A DNA stretch of 56,609 nt from an uncultured Clostridium sp. (GTDB lineage Bacteria; Bacillota; Clostridia; TANB77; CAG-508): positions 1 to 56,609 of the forward strand of contig CAMMHE010000005.1 of NCBI GenBank assembly GCA_946496575.1. The letters run 5' to 3'. Positions 1 through 9,890 of the stretch are shown in pieces. The translations under genes were made by a program, and so were the position numbers. How positions within the stretch are numbered: the first letter of the stretch is position 1; every line of letters starts with the position of its first letter. Below the pieces are notes generated by a model, which saw nothing but the letters and a program-made list of their open reading frames with translations, did no database searches and had not been told where the DNA came from.

Positions 1-78
1 ATCACTTTTTTTCTATATTTTTTGTTTCACATCAATTGTAACACTACATATTTTACTTGGAAAAATTTATTAATACTA

Positions 79-107
79 TTGACAATATAGTAAACCTGAT
101 ATATAAT
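79..107 (+). promoter_or_regulatory. SigA-type promoter of the S10 ribosomal-protein operon
   Basis: TTGACA (79-84), 17-nt spacer, TATAAT (102-107): both hexamers are perfect consensus, about 245 nt upstream of rpsJ. Confidence 0.7.
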
Positions 108-114
108 AATGCAG

Positions 115-340
115 TATGAAATTTAGCGTTGAAGCTGAATGTGGCTACATTCTTGCAGATTGCTAGGATGGAGGGAACTTCAGTGGAGTATGTCTTGGCT
201 TAGACCAGGCGGTAAGAAAAGAAAAAAAGCACTTATCCCTAATTTATCATACAAATTTGGGATTTTATAAAAGGGATTTCAAAACACCCGGGTGCGTTCT
301 GACTTGCCAGCTAAAAAATTTCAATTTATATAGAAAGAGG
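115..340 (+). promoter_or_regulatory. long, comparatively G+C-rich untranslated leader of rpsJ (candidate r-protein autoregulatory leader or attenuator)
   Basis: No ORF. Hairpin ATCCCTAATTT/AAATTTGGGAT (235-263, one mismatch) followed by TTTAT. Palindrome CACCCGGGTG 285-294. Visibly richer in G/C than other intergenic DNA here. Confidence 0.35.
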
Positions 341-351
341 AGGGAATTTAA

Positions 352-675
352 ATGGCAAATGCAGTAGCAACAAGTGAGAAAATTAGAATAAGACTAAAAG
401 CTTATGACCATGTTGTTTTAGATCAGTCTGCTGAAAAAATAGTAGATACTGCTAAAAAAACAGGAGCAAAGGTATCAGGTCCTATTCCATTACCTACAGA
501 AAAAGAAATAATAACAATTTTACGTTCTCCACATAAACACAAAGATTCAAGAGAGCAATTCGAAATGAGAACACATAAAAGAGTTATTGATATTTTTTAT
601 CCAACACAAAAAACAGTTGATAATTTAATGAAATTAGAATTACCAGCAGGTGTTGATATAGAAATTAAATTATAA
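352..675 (+). CDS. rpsJ: 30S ribosomal protein S10
   Basis: 107-aa ORF behind GAGGAGGG RBS; [35 protein letters not shown] are typical S10; first gene of the S10 operon order. Confidence 0.97.
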   Translation: MANAVATSEKIRIRLKAYDHVVLDQSAEKIVDTAKKTGAKVSGPIPLPTEKEIITILRSPHKHKDSREQFEMRTHKRVIDIFYPTQKTVDNLMKLELPAGVDIEIKL

Positions 676-796
676 ACATATTATGAATAAAATGTGGAAA
701 AGTTGAAAAAATTCAGCTAAAACAAAACCAAGCTGATGCAAATTTTAAATATTTTTAAAACATAAGTTCAGCCAATAGTTAGGAGGAAAATGAAAA

Positions 797-1435
797 ATGA
801 AAAAAGCAATTATAGGAAAAAAACTAGGAATGACACAAATATTTGATGACAATGGTATAGTTATTCCAGTAACAGTTATAGAAGCGGGACCATGTATAGT
901 TGCACAAGTTAAAACAGTAGAAAAAGAAGGATACAATGCAGTACAATTAGGTTTCGGTGAGATTAAAGATAAACATATAAATAAACCTGAAAAAGGTCAT
1001 TTTGCAAAAAATAATATAACTGCTAAAAAGCATTTAAGAGAATTTAGATTAGACTCAATAGATGGTATTAAAGTAGGAGACGAAATAAAGGCAGATATAT
1101 TTGCAGCAGGAGAAAAAGTTGATGTTCAAGGAATATCAAAAGGAAAAGGATTCCAAGGTGTAATAAAAAGACATGGACAATCAAGAGGTCCAATGGGACA
1201 TGGGTCAATGTACCATAGAAGACCAGGTTCAATGGGACCAACATCTACACCAGGTAGAGTATTTAAAGGTAAAAAATTACCAGGACAAATGGGAAAAACT
1301 ACAATAACAGTACAAAATCTAGATGTTGTAAAAGTAGACATGGATAAAAATGTAATATTAATAAAAGGTAGTGTACCAGGAGCAAAAGGAGCTATCTTAA
1401 AAATAAAATCAGCTGTAAGAGCTAGCAAAAAATAG
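797..1435 (+). CDS. rplC: 50S ribosomal protein L3
   Basis: 212 aa, [12 protein letters not shown]-terminus and GKGFQG motif; position after rpsJ. Confidence 0.97.
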   Translation: MKKAIIGKKLGMTQIFDDNGIVIPVTVIEAGPCIVAQVKTVEKEGYNAVQLGFGEIKDKHINKPEKGHFAKNNITAKKHLREFRLDSIDGIKVGDEIKADIFAAGEKVDVQGISKGKGFQGVIKRHGQSRGPMGHGSMYHRRPGSMGPTSTPGRVFKGKKLPGQMGKTTITVQNLDVVKVDMDKNVILIKGSVPGAKGAILKIKSAVRASKK

Positions 1436-1452
1436 AAAGGAGAGAAAACAAA

Positions 1453-2076
1453 ATGCCAAAAATAGACGTATATGATATGCAAGGTAAAAAAGTTAGTGAC
1501 GTAGAATTAAATGCAAATGTATTTGGAATTGAACCAAATGAGGCAATTGTACACAGCGTGCTAGTGAACTACTTAGCAAATCAAAGACAAGGTACACAAA
1601 GTACAAAAACTAGAGCAGAAGTTAGTGGTGGTGGAAAAAAACCATGGAGACAAAAAGGAACAGGTAGAGCAAGACAAGGAAGTATTCGTGCACCACAATG
1701 GATTAAAGGTGGAATTGCATTAGGTCCAAAACCTCGTTCATATAGTTATAAAGTAAATAAAAAAGAAAAACAACTTGCGATTAGATCACTATTAAGTTCA
1801 AAAGTATTAGAAAATGAATTGACAGTAGTAGATAAATTAGAATTATCAGAAACAAAAACTAAAGAAATGATAAAAACATTATCTAATTTAAAAGTAGAAG
1901 GAAAAACATTAATAATTCTTGCTGATAAAAATGAAAATGTATATTTATCAAGTAGAAATATAAAAGGTGTAAAGGCAATAACATTAAACATGATAAATGT
2001 TTATGATTTATTACAATATAATAAATTATTGTTACCTTTAGACACTGTTAAAAAATTAGAGGAGGTGTACGCTTAA
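1453..2076 (+). CDS. rplD: 50S ribosomal protein L4
   Basis: 207 aa, GGGKKPWRQKGTGRARQGSIRAPQW motif; operon position. Confidence 0.97.
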   Translation: MPKIDVYDMQGKKVSDVELNANVFGIEPNEAIVHSVLVNYLANQRQGTQSTKTRAEVSGGGKKPWRQKGTGRARQGSIRAPQWIKGGIALGPKPRSYSYKVNKKEKQLAIRSLLSSKVLENELTVVDKLELSETKTKEMIKTLSNLKVEGKTLIILADKNENVYLSSRNIKGVKAITLNMINVYDLLQYNKLLLPLDTVKKLEEVYA

Positions 2077-2079
2077 GAT

Positions 2080-2427
2080 ATGAAAGCAGAAGAAATTATA
2101 TTAGCACCAGTTATTACTGAAAAAAGTAATGATGAGATGCAAATGGGAAAATACACTTTCGAAGTTAATAGAAATGCAACAAAAATTGATATAGCAAAAG
2201 CTGTAGAAAAACTTTTTAATGTAAAAGTATTAAATGTAAATACAATGACAGTTAGAGGAAAAACAAAAAGAGTTAGATATGTTGCTGGAAAAACACCAGA
2301 TTGGAAAAAAGCTATTGTAACAATAGACACAAATCCAACAGATGAAACATATTTGGGCAAAGGTGGAAAGGTAATTAAGAAATCTAAAAAGTATAAGGAT
2401 TCTATAGATGAATTCATGGGTGCTTAA
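2080..2427 (+). CDS. rplW: 50S ribosomal protein L23 (with about 20-aa C-terminal extension)
   Basis: 115 aa, APVITEKS ... DWKKAIVT core of L23; extra lysine-rich tail after the usual end. Confidence 0.93.
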   Translation: MKAEEIILAPVITEKSNDEMQMGKYTFEVNRNATKIDIAKAVEKLFNVKVLNVNTMTVRGKTKRVRYVAGKTPDWKKAIVTIDTNPTDETYLGKGGKVIKKSKKYKDSIDEFMGA

Positions 2428-2609
2428 TTAAAAGAAATAAAAATTGGCATCTTGCCTTGTAAAATTTGAGAATGATTATCGGGAAAGAACCCGGAAAATA
2501 AAGAATATCTGTAAGTGAAACAGGAAAAAATTCACAATAAATATAATAAAGAATTTAGTAAAAACAAATATTAAAAAGTTTTTAATAAATTCGAGAAAGG
2601 AAGAGAAAA

Positions 2610-3437
2610 ATGGGAATGAAACACTTCAAGGCATATACACCATCAAGAAGAAACATGACAGTTTCAACATATGAAGAAGTAACAAAGAAAACTCCTGAAA
2701 AATCTTTATTAGCAGTAAAAAAGAAAAATGCAGGTAGAAATTCATATGGAAGAATTACAGTCAGACATCAAGGTGGCGGAAATAGACAAAAATATAGAAT
2801 AATAGATTTTAAACGTAGAAAAGATAATATGGAAGCAACAGTATTAGGAATCGAATATGATCCAAACAGAAGTGCTAACATAGCATTAATTCAATACGAA
2901 GATGGAGAAAAAGCTTATATATTAGCACCAGAAGGATTAACAGATGGTGCAAAGGTAATATCAGGTGAAAGCGTAGATATAAAACCAGGAAATTGTTTAC
3001 CAATTGCTAATATACCAGTAGGTACACTAATTCATAACATAGAATTAAATCCTATGCAAGGAGGAAAATTAGTAAAGGCTGCAGGACAAAGTGCACAACT
3101 AATGGCAAAAGAAGGAAAATATGCACATGTAAGATTACCTTCAGGGGAAATGAGATTAATATTAGCAAATTGTAGAGCAACAATAGGAACTATAGGAAAT
3201 AGTGACCATGAAAATGTAAAATTAGGAAAAGCAGGAAGAACAAGACATTTAGGAATAAGACCAACAGTTAGAGGTTCTGTAATGAATCCTAATGATCACC
3301 CTCATGGTGGTGGTGAAGGTAGAGCTCCAGTTGGACATTCAGGCCCAATGACACCTTGGGGTAAACCAGCACTAGGATATAAAACAAGAAATAAGAAAAA
3401 TAAGACAAACAAGTTCATTGTTAAAAGGAGGAAATAA
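2610..3437 (+). CDS. rplB: 50S ribosomal protein L2
   Basis: 275 aa, [16 protein letters not shown] and [14 protein letters not shown] motifs. Confidence 0.97.
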   Translation: MGMKHFKAYTPSRRNMTVSTYEEVTKKTPEKSLLAVKKKNAGRNSYGRITVRHQGGGNRQKYRIIDFKRRKDNMEATVLGIEYDPNRSANIALIQYEDGEKAYILAPEGLTDGAKVISGESVDIKPGNCLPIANIPVGTLIHNIELNPMQGGKLVKAAGQSAQLMAKEGKYAHVRLPSGEMRLILANCRATIGTIGNSDHENVKLGKAGRTRHLGIRPTVRGSVMNPNDHPHGGGEGRAPVGHSGPMTPWGKPALGYKTRNKKNKTNKFIVKRRK

Positions 3438-3442
3438 AAATC

Positions 3443-3721
3443 ATGGCTAATAGAAAAAATAAAAAACCATTCGTAAGTGAAAGTTTACTAAAAAAAGTAG
3501 AAGCTATGAACGAAACAGGAAAAAAAGAAGTATTAAAAACATGGTCAAGAGCTTCAACAATATATCCACAAATGATTGGTCATACAATAGCTGTACATGA
3601 TGGAAGAAAACATGTACCTGTATATATAACAGAAGAAATGATAGGTCATAAATTAGGTGAATTTGCTCCTACAAGAACATTTAAAGGTCATGCAGGAGAA
3701 AAAACATCAACAGTAAAATAA
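3443..3721 (+). CDS. rpsS: 30S ribosomal protein S19
   Basis: 92 aa, [38 protein letters not shown]. Confidence 0.97.
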   Translation: MANRKNKKPFVSESLLKKVEAMNETGKKEVLKTWSRASTIYPQMIGHTIAVHDGRKHVPVYITEEMIGHKLGEFAPTRTFKGHAGEKTSTVK

Positions 3722-3784
3722 AAATTTAGAATAATAATTAAGATGTAAGAGAACATCAAAAATAAAAGTAAGGAGGAAAATAAA

Positions 3785-4135
3785 GTGGAAGAAACAGCAA
3801 TAGTTGAAGCTAGAGCAACTCTTAAATATGCAAGAATTTCAAGTAGAAAAGTAAAAATTGTTGCAGATTTAATAAGAGGAAAAAATGTAGACGAGGCTTT
3901 AGCAATAGTTAAATTTACACCGAAAGCTTCTTCAGTAATAATTGAAAAATTATTAAAATCAGCAGTAGCAAATGCTGAAAATAATCATCACATGGATCAT
4001 TCAAAACTATATGTTGCTGAAATATTTGCAAATCAAGGTCCAACTTTAAAAAGAATTAGACCAGCTGCAAAAGGTTCAGCAGTAAGAATTAGAAAGAGAA
4101 CAAGTCATATAACAATTGTTCTAAGAGAAGAATAG
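3785..4135 (+). CDS. rplV: 50S ribosomal protein L22 (GTG start)
   Basis: 116 aa, [24 protein letters not shown] and L22 C-terminal region; AGGAGG RBS upstream. Confidence 0.95.
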   Translation: MEETAIVEARATLKYARISSRKVKIVADLIRGKNVDEALAIVKFTPKASSVIIEKLLKSAVANAENNHHMDHSKLYVAEIFANQGPTLKRIRPAAKGSAVRIRKRTSHITIVLREE

Positions 4136-4150
4136 GAGGTTGCTAAAAAG

Positions 4151-4807
4151 ATGGGACAAAAAGTACATCCAACAGGAGTTAGAGTAGGAATAATAAAAGA
4201 TTGGAATGCAAAATGGTATGCAAATGACAAAAACTTTGCAGATTATTTAGTAGAAGATCAAAAAATCCGTAAATTTTTAAAGAAAAAATTATATTCTGCT
4301 GGAATTTCTAAAATAGAAATTGAAAGAACAGCGAAATTTGTTAAAGCTAATGTATATACAGCAAAACCAGGAATTGTAATAGGAAAAGGTGGAGCTGGTG
4401 CAGAAAGTTTAAAACAAGAACTTTCAAAAGAAATTGGAAAAGAAATTAATGTAAATATAATTGAAGTAAAAGAAATAGATACAGATGCACAATTAGTTGC
4501 AGAAAATATAGCAGGGCAACTAGAAAGAAGAATTTCATTTAGAAGAGCAATGAAACAATGTATGCAAAAAGCTATGAAAGCAGGTGCTTTGGGAATTAAA
4601 ACTTCAGTATCTGGTAGATTAGGCGGAGCTGATATGGCAAGAACAGAATTCTATAAAGAAGGAACAATTCCGCTACAAACTTTAAGAGCTGATATAGATT
4701 ATGGATTTGCAGAAGCAGATACAACATATGGAAAAATTGGTGTTAAAGTTTGGATATATAAAGGTGAAGTTCTTCCAACTAAAAAAGTGGAAGGAGGAGA
4801 CAAATAA
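4151..4807 (+). CDS. rpsC: 30S ribosomal protein S3
   Basis: 218 aa, [15 protein letters not shown]-terminus, KH domain GKGGAG. Confidence 0.97.
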   Translation: MGQKVHPTGVRVGIIKDWNAKWYANDKNFADYLVEDQKIRKFLKKKLYSAGISKIEIERTAKFVKANVYTAKPGIVIGKGGAGAESLKQELSKEIGKEINVNIIEVKEIDTDAQLVAENIAGQLERRISFRRAMKQCMQKAMKAGALGIKTSVSGRLGGADMARTEFYKEGTIPLQTLRADIDYGFAEADTTYGKIGVKVWIYKGEVLPTKKVEGGDK

Positions 4808-5253
4808 TGCCATTAATGCCAAAAAAATTCAAATATAGAAAAATGCAAAAAGGTAGAAATAGAGGAAAAGCAACAAGAGGAAATACTGTAACAGAAGGAG
4901 AATATGGATTACAAGCTGTTGAAGCAGGTTTAATTAAAGGTAACCAAATTGAAGCAGCTCGTGTTGCTATGACTCGTTATATAAAAAGAGGTGGAAAAGT
5001 TTGGATTAAGATATTTCCAGACAAACCAGTATCACAAAAACCAATTGGTACTCGTATGGGTAAAGGAAAAGGAAATGTTGAATATTGGGTAGCTTCTGTA
5101 AAACCAGGTAGAGTAATGTTTGAAATGGCTGGTATACCAGAAGAAACAGCTAGAGAAGCTCTACGTTTAGCAATGAATAAACTACCTATTAAAGCAAAAT
5201 TTGTGAAAAGAGAAACTATAAATGAGGTAGGTGATAATGATGAAGATAAATAA
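4807..5253 (+). CDS. rplP: 50S ribosomal protein L16
   Basis: 148 aa, [14 protein letters not shown]; TAATG overlap with the rpsC stop. Confidence 0.96.
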   Translation: MPLMPKKFKYRKMQKGRNRGKATRGNTVTEGEYGLQAVEAGLIKGNQIEAARVAMTRYIKRGGKVWIKIFPDKPVSQKPIGTRMGKGKGNVEYWVASVKPGRVMFEMAGIPEETAREALRLAMNKLPIKAKFVKRETINEVGDNDEDK

Positions 5254-5443
5254 AATTAGAGAAATGTCTTCACCAGAACTAGAAAAAGAATTAGGTGAAC
5301 TAAAAACAGAATTATTCAAATTAAAATTTAGTTTAGCTACAAATGGATTAGATAATCCAATGAAAATAAAAGAAGTAAAAAGAGATATAGCTAAAATAAA
5401 CACAATATTAACAGAAAGAAAATTAGCTGAAGCAAAAAAATAG
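5237..5443 (+). CDS. rpmC: 50S ribosomal protein L29
   Basis: ORF 5231-5443; ATGs at 5237/5240 sit 6-9 nt after GAGGTAG; (M)[18 protein letters not shown] matches the L29 N-terminus; overlaps the rplP end. Confidence 0.92.
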   Translation: MMKINKIREMSSPELEKELGELKTELFKLKFSLATNGLDNPMKIKEVKRDIAKINTILTERKLAEAKK

Positions 5444-5485
5444 AAAAGGAAAAATTCCTAAAACAAAAAAGGAGGATTAAAACCT

Positions 5486-5749
5486 ATGGAAGAAAGAAAT
5501 CTTCGTAAAGTTATGGTTGGAACAGTTACTTCTGATAAAATGGATAAAACAGTAGTAGTATCAGTTGAAGGAAGCGTAAGACATAACGTATATGGAAAAA
5601 CAGTTAAAAGAACATATAAATTAAAAGCACATGATGAAGCAAACAACTGTAAAATAGGAGATAGAGTAAAAGTCATGGAAACAAGACCACTTTCTAAAGA
5701 AAAAAGATGGAGAGTAGTTGAAATCCTAGATAAAAAAGGAGGAGAATAG
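5486..5749 (+). CDS. rpsQ: 30S ribosomal protein S17
   Basis: 87 aa, [14 protein letters not shown] ... HDE.N.C.IGD.V...ETRPLSK.KRW. Confidence 0.96.
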   Translation: MEERNLRKVMVGTVTSDKMDKTVVVSVEGSVRHNVYGKTVKRTYKLKAHDEANNCKIGDRVKVMETRPLSKEKRWRVVEILDKKGGE

Positions 5750-5752
5750 ATC

Positions 5753-6121
5753 ATGGTACAACAACAAACTATACTAAAAGTAGCTGATAATACAGGTGCA
5801 AAAGAAATTATGTGTATAAGATGTTTAGGAGGATCTTACAGAAAAACAGCAAATATAGGAGACATAATTATAGCATCAGTAAAATCAGCAATACCAGGTG
5901 GAGTTGTAAAAAAAGGTGAAGTTGTAAAAGCAGTTATAGTAAGAAGCAAAAAAGGATTAAGAAGACAAGATGGATCATATATAAAATTTGATGAAAATGC
6001 AGCAGTAATCATAAAAGATGATAAAACACCAAAAGGAACACGTATATTTGGACCTGTTGCAAGAGAATTAAGAGAAGGGGAATATATGAAAATTCTTTCA
6101 TTAGCCCCAGAGGTATTATAA
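5753..6121 (+). CDS. rplN: 50S ribosomal protein L14
   Basis: 122 aa, [18 protein letters not shown]. Confidence 0.97.
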   Translation: MVQQQTILKVADNTGAKEIMCIRCLGGSYRKTANIGDIIIASVKSAIPGGVVKKGEVVKAVIVRSKKGLRRQDGSYIKFDENAAVIIKDDKTPKGTRIFGPVARELREGEYMKILSLAPEVL

Positions 6122-6142
6122 AAAAGGAGGGAGAACCTTATA

Positions 6143-6451
6143 ATGAAAATAAAAAAAGGAGATACAGTCCAAGTTTTATCTGGAAATGATAAAGGCAAAA
6201 AGGGAGAAGTATTAGAAGTTATACCTAAAACACAAAGAATAATAGTAAAAGGTGTAAATGTAAGAAAAAAACACATCAAACCTAGAAAACAAGGTGAAGA
6301 AGGCGGTATAATACCACTAGAATGCTCTGTTTTAGCAAGTAAAGTAAATATAGTATGTCCTAAATGTGGAAAAGCAACTAGAATAGGATATATTAATGAA
6401 AAAGGAGAGAAAGTTCGCGTTTGTAAAAAATGTGGAGCTAAACTAAAATAA
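6143..6451 (+). CDS. rplX: 50S ribosomal protein L24 (Cys4-containing form)
   Basis: 102 aa, [24 protein letters not shown] motif; C-terminal CPKCG ... CKKCG. Confidence 0.95.
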   Translation: MKIKKGDTVQVLSGNDKGKKGEVLEVIPKTQRIIVKGVNVRKKHIKPRKQGEEGGIIPLECSVLASKVNIVCPKCGKATRIGYINEKGEKVRVCKKCGAKLK

Positions 6452-6477
6452 TAATCAGAAAGGAGGAAACTTGTGAT

Positions 6478-7017
6478 ATGGAAAAGTTAAAAGAGCAATA
6501 TGTAAAAGAAGTAATTCCAGCATTAATGAAAAAATTTAATTATAAATCAATTATGCAAGTTCCAAAACTTGAAAAAATAGTTATAAATATAGGATTAGGA
6601 GACACAAAGGAGAATCCTAAAGAATTAGAAAATGCAGTTAATGATTTAACATTAATTACAGGTCAAAAACCAGTAATAACAAAAGCTAAAAAATCAATTG
6701 CAGCATTTAAACTAAGAGAAGGAGCAAATGTAGGTTGCAAAGTTACTTTAAGATCTGATAAAATGTATGATTTTGCATATAAACTATTTAATGTAGCTCT
6801 TCCAAGAGTAAGGGATTTTAGAGGTGTATCAAAAAAATCTTTTGATGGTAGAGGTAATTATTCTATGGGAATAAAAGAACAATTAATATTCCCAGAAATT
6901 GAATATGATAAAATAGATAAATTAAGAGGTATGGATATCATATTTGTAACAACAGCAGAATCTGATGAAGAAGCTAAAGAGTTACTTACATTGCTAGGTA
7001 TGCCATTCCAAAACTAA
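6478..7017 (+). CDS. rplE: 50S ribosomal protein L5
   Basis: 179 aa, typical L5 sequence ([37 protein letters not shown]). Confidence 0.97.
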   Translation: MEKLKEQYVKEVIPALMKKFNYKSIMQVPKLEKIVINIGLGDTKENPKELENAVNDLTLITGQKPVITKAKKSIAAFKLREGANVGCKVTLRSDKMYDFAYKLFNVALPRVRDFRGVSKKSFDGRGNYSMGIKEQLIFPEIEYDKIDKLRGMDIIFVTTAESDEEAKELLTLLGMPFQN

Positions 7018-7039
7018 ATTAAGGAGGAAAATTTTAAAT

Positions 7040-7225
7040 ATGGCTAAAAAATCATTAAAAGTAAAACAGGCTAAACCACAAAAATATGCTACTAGAGAAT
7101 ATAATAGATGCAAATTATGTGGTAGACCACACAGTTATATTAGAAAATATGGTATATGCCGTGTATGTTTTAGAGAATTAGCACATAAAGGTGAAATACC
7201 AGGAGTAAAAAAAGCAAGCTGGTAA
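7040..7225 (+). CDS. rpsN: 30S ribosomal protein S14, short zinc-binding type Z
   Basis: 61 aa, CKLCGRP ... CRVCFRE Cys4, ends KASW. Confidence 0.96.
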   Translation: MAKKSLKVKQAKPQKYATREYNRCKLCGRPHSYIRKYGICRVCFRELAHKGEIPGVKKASW

Positions 7226-7313
7226 AAAATTAGTACATGGATATTTTTAAACAAAATTTTAATACAATAAAATGCAGTTTTTAATTTATTTATAGAAAAG
7301 GAGGAAAAGTAAA

Positions 7314-7712
7314 TTGAACACTACAGATCCAATAGCAGATATGTTAACAAGAATAAGAAATGCAAATAGTTCAAAGCATAAGACAGTTGACATACCTGAA
7401 TCAAAAATGAAATTATCAATAGCTGAAATATTATTCAAAGAAGGATATATAAAATCTTTTGAAGAAATCAGCAATGAAGGTCAAGGAATAATAAGAATTA
7501 CTTTAAAGTATGATGAAAAAGGCAAAAAAGTAATAGATGGAATAAAAAGAATTAGTAAACCAGGATTAAGAGTATATGCTAGTAAAGATGAATTACCAAA
7601 AGTATTAAATGGATTAGGAATAGCAATAATATCTACATCAAAAGGATTAAAAACAGATAAAGAAGCTCGTGAATTAGGTGTAGGAGGAGAAGTTCTAGCA
7701 TATGTTTGGTAA
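7314..7712 (+). CDS. rpsH: 30S ribosomal protein S8 (TTG start)
   Basis: 132 aa, [14 protein letters not shown] motif; GGAGGA RBS. Confidence 0.96.
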   Translation: MNTTDPIADMLTRIRNANSSKHKTVDIPESKMKLSIAEILFKEGYIKSFEEISNEGQGIIRITLKYDEKGKKVIDGIKRISKPGLRVYASKDELPKVLNGLGIAIISTSKGLKTDKEARELGVGGEVLAYVW

Positions 7713-7837
7713 TTTATAAAATTAAATTAAATTACAATAATAAAGTAACAGGGAAAAATTAACCTAATTGTGAAAATACAAAATAGTACATAAACGTTAG
7801 GCGAACGCCCTAAAAAATAAAAGGAAGGTGAATATAA

Positions 7838-8377
7838 ATGTCAAGAATAGGAAATAAAGCTATTCAAATACCACAAGGAGTAACTGTAACAGTTGATGGA
7901 ACAAAAGTAACAGTAAAAGGACCAAAAGGCACATTAGAAAGAGAAATAAATAAAAATATAACTGTGTTAATTGAAAACAATGAAGTTAAAGTAACAAGAC
8001 CAAATGATGAAGCTTTTAATAAAAGCTTGCATGGTTTAACAAGAACATTAATAAATAATATGATTCAAGGAGTAGTTAATGAATATACAAGAGAGTTACA
8101 AATAAATGGTGTAGGCTACAGGGTTCAGAAGCAAGGAAACAACTTAAATTTAACTCTAGGATATTCTCATCCAGTAATATTTGAAGCACCAAAAGGAATA
8201 ACTTTTGACGTTCCAAATCAATCTACTATTATAGTAAAGGGAATTGATAAAGAATTAGTTGGCCAAACAGCAGCCAATATAAGAACAAAGAGACCACCAG
8301 AGGTATATAGAGGAAAAGGAATAAAATATGCTGAAGAAGTTATAAGACGCAAAGAAGGAAAAACAGGTAAGAAATAA
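7838..8377 (+). CDS. rplF: 50S ribosomal protein L6
   Basis: 179 aa, MSRIGNKAIQIPQGV, GYSHPV. Confidence 0.97.
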   Translation: MSRIGNKAIQIPQGVTVTVDGTKVTVKGPKGTLEREINKNITVLIENNEVKVTRPNDEAFNKSLHGLTRTLINNMIQGVVNEYTRELQINGVGYRVQKQGNNLNLTLGYSHPVIFEAPKGITFDVPNQSTIIVKGIDKELVGQTAANIRTKRPPEVYRGKGIKYAEEVIRRKEGKTGKK

Positions 8378-8451
8378 ATCAAAACTGTAATCTAATGGAT
8401 ATAGAAGTATAATCTTATAATCATATAATTACGGAAAGGAGTAAATTTTAA

Positions 8452-8811
8452 ATGATTAAGAAAGCAGATAGAAAATTTGAAAGAACAAGAAGACATATTA
8501 GAGTAAGAACAAAAGTATCTGGTACAGCTGAAAGACCAAGATTATGTATATATAAAAGCAATAATAATATATATGTACAAGTTATTGATGATGTAGCAGG
8601 AAATACTCTAGCTAGTGCATCAACTCTTGAAAAAGAAGTAAAAAATAAACATGCAAATAAAGAAGCAGCCAAAGAAGTTGGAACTCTAATTGCAAAAAAA
8701 TGTAAAGATAAGAAAATTGAAGAAGTAGTTTTTGACCGTGGAGGATATATATATCATGGTGTAGTTAAAGAATTAGCAGAAGCAGCAAGAGAAGGCGGAT
8801 TAAAATTTTAA
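8452..8811 (+). CDS. rplR: 50S ribosomal protein L18
   Basis: 119 aa, [44 protein letters not shown]. Confidence 0.97.
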   Translation: MIKKADRKFERTRRHIRVRTKVSGTAERPRLCIYKSNNNIYVQVIDDVAGNTLASASTLEKEVKNKHANKEAAKEVGTLIAKKCKDKKIEEVVFDRGGYIYHGVVKELAEAAREGGLKF

Positions 8812-8903
8812 AATTTTAAAATCAATTAAAAACTATATTAAGTAAATAATAAGTAGAAGTATCTACATATAAAATAAAAACAAGGGAGGGAAAACAAACT
8901 TAA

Positions 8904-9392
8904 ATGGAAGAGAATAAAGCAGAATTAAAAGAAAAAGTAGTAGCTCTTAATCGAGTAGCTAAAGTAGTTAAAGGTGGTAGAACATTTAGATTTAGTGCTG
9001 TTGTTGTTGTTGGAGATAGTGCTGGACATATTGGTGTTGGAAATGGAAAAGCAGCTGAAGTTCCAGATGCAATAAAAAAAGCAATACAATCAGCTAAAAA
9101 GAACCTAGTAGAAGTTCCAATTGTAGGAACTACTATACCACATGAATATATAGGAAAATTTGGAAGTGCACAAGTAATTTTAAAACCAGCTGCAGAAGGT
9201 ACAGGACTTATAACAGGTGGAAGTGTAAGACCAGTATTAGAGCTTGCAGGATATAAAGATGTACGTACAAAGGTTATAGGAACGAATAATCCACGAAATG
9301 TTGTATATGCTACAATAGAAGGATTAAAAGCAATGCAAACAGTAGAACAAGTAGCTAAAAAAAGAGGAAAAAAAGTAGAAGAGATTTTATAA
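8904..9392 (+). CDS. rpsE: 30S ribosomal protein S5
   Basis: 162 aa, [31 protein letters not shown]. Confidence 0.97.
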   Translation: MEENKAELKEKVVALNRVAKVVKGGRTFRFSAVVVVGDSAGHIGVGNGKAAEVPDAIKKAIQSAKKNLVEVPIVGTTIPHEYIGKFGSAQVILKPAAEGTGLITGGSVRPVLELAGYKDVRTKVIGTNNPRNVVYATIEGLKAMQTVEQVAKKRGKKVEEIL

Positions 9393-9455
9393 TCTTGAAA
9401 GGCTAAAATAACATACAGAATTTATAAAAAATAAAAATAGGAGGTGCAAGCAAAA

Positions 9456-9890
9456 GTGAAACTAGGAGAATTAAAACCAGCAATTCAAAAAACAAAAAGA
9501 ACAAGAGTAGGACGTGGAATTGGTTCAGGTCTTGGAAAAACATCAGGAAGAGGTCAAAAAGGTCAAAAAGCTAGATCTGGCGGAGGAGTAAGACGTGGTT
9601 TTGAGGGTGGTCAAACACCATTATATAGAAGATTACCAAAAAGAGGATTCACAAATATTCATGCTAAAAATTATACAGAAGTAACATTAACTATGTTAAA
9701 TAAAAGTAAAGCAACAGATGTTACAGCTGAAAGTTTATTAGAAGAAAGAATAATTGGAAAAATAAATGACGGAATTGTAGTTTTAGCAACAGGTAAACTA
9801 GAAAAAAAATTAAATGTAAAAGCAAATAGATTTACAGCATCTGCAAAGGAAAAGATAGAAGCCCTAGGCGGAAAGGCAGAGGTGGTTTAA
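9456..9890 (+). CDS. rplO: 50S ribosomal protein L15
   Basis: ORF opens at 9444, but GTG 9456 is the start properly spaced from AGGAGG (9440-9445). [29 protein letters not shown]. Confidence 0.94.
   Translation: MKLGELKPAIQKTKRTRVGRGIGSGLGKTSGRGQKGQKARSGGGVRRGFEGGQTPLYRRLPKRGFTNIHAKNYTEVTLTMLNKSKATDVTAESLLEERIIGKINDGIVVLATGKLEKKLNVKANRFTASAKEKIEALGGKAEVV

Noticed and set aside
285-294. CACCCGGGTG 10-bp palindrome in the rpsJ leader as a protein operator
   Set aside because: It is a single short palindrome with no second copy, and is more simply part of leader RNA structure.
9444-9455. GTG 9444 as the rplO start (ORF-track start)
   Set aside because: It overlaps the AGGAGG Shine-Dalgarno itself. 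GTG 9456 gives correct spacing and the canonical MKLGELKP N-terminus.
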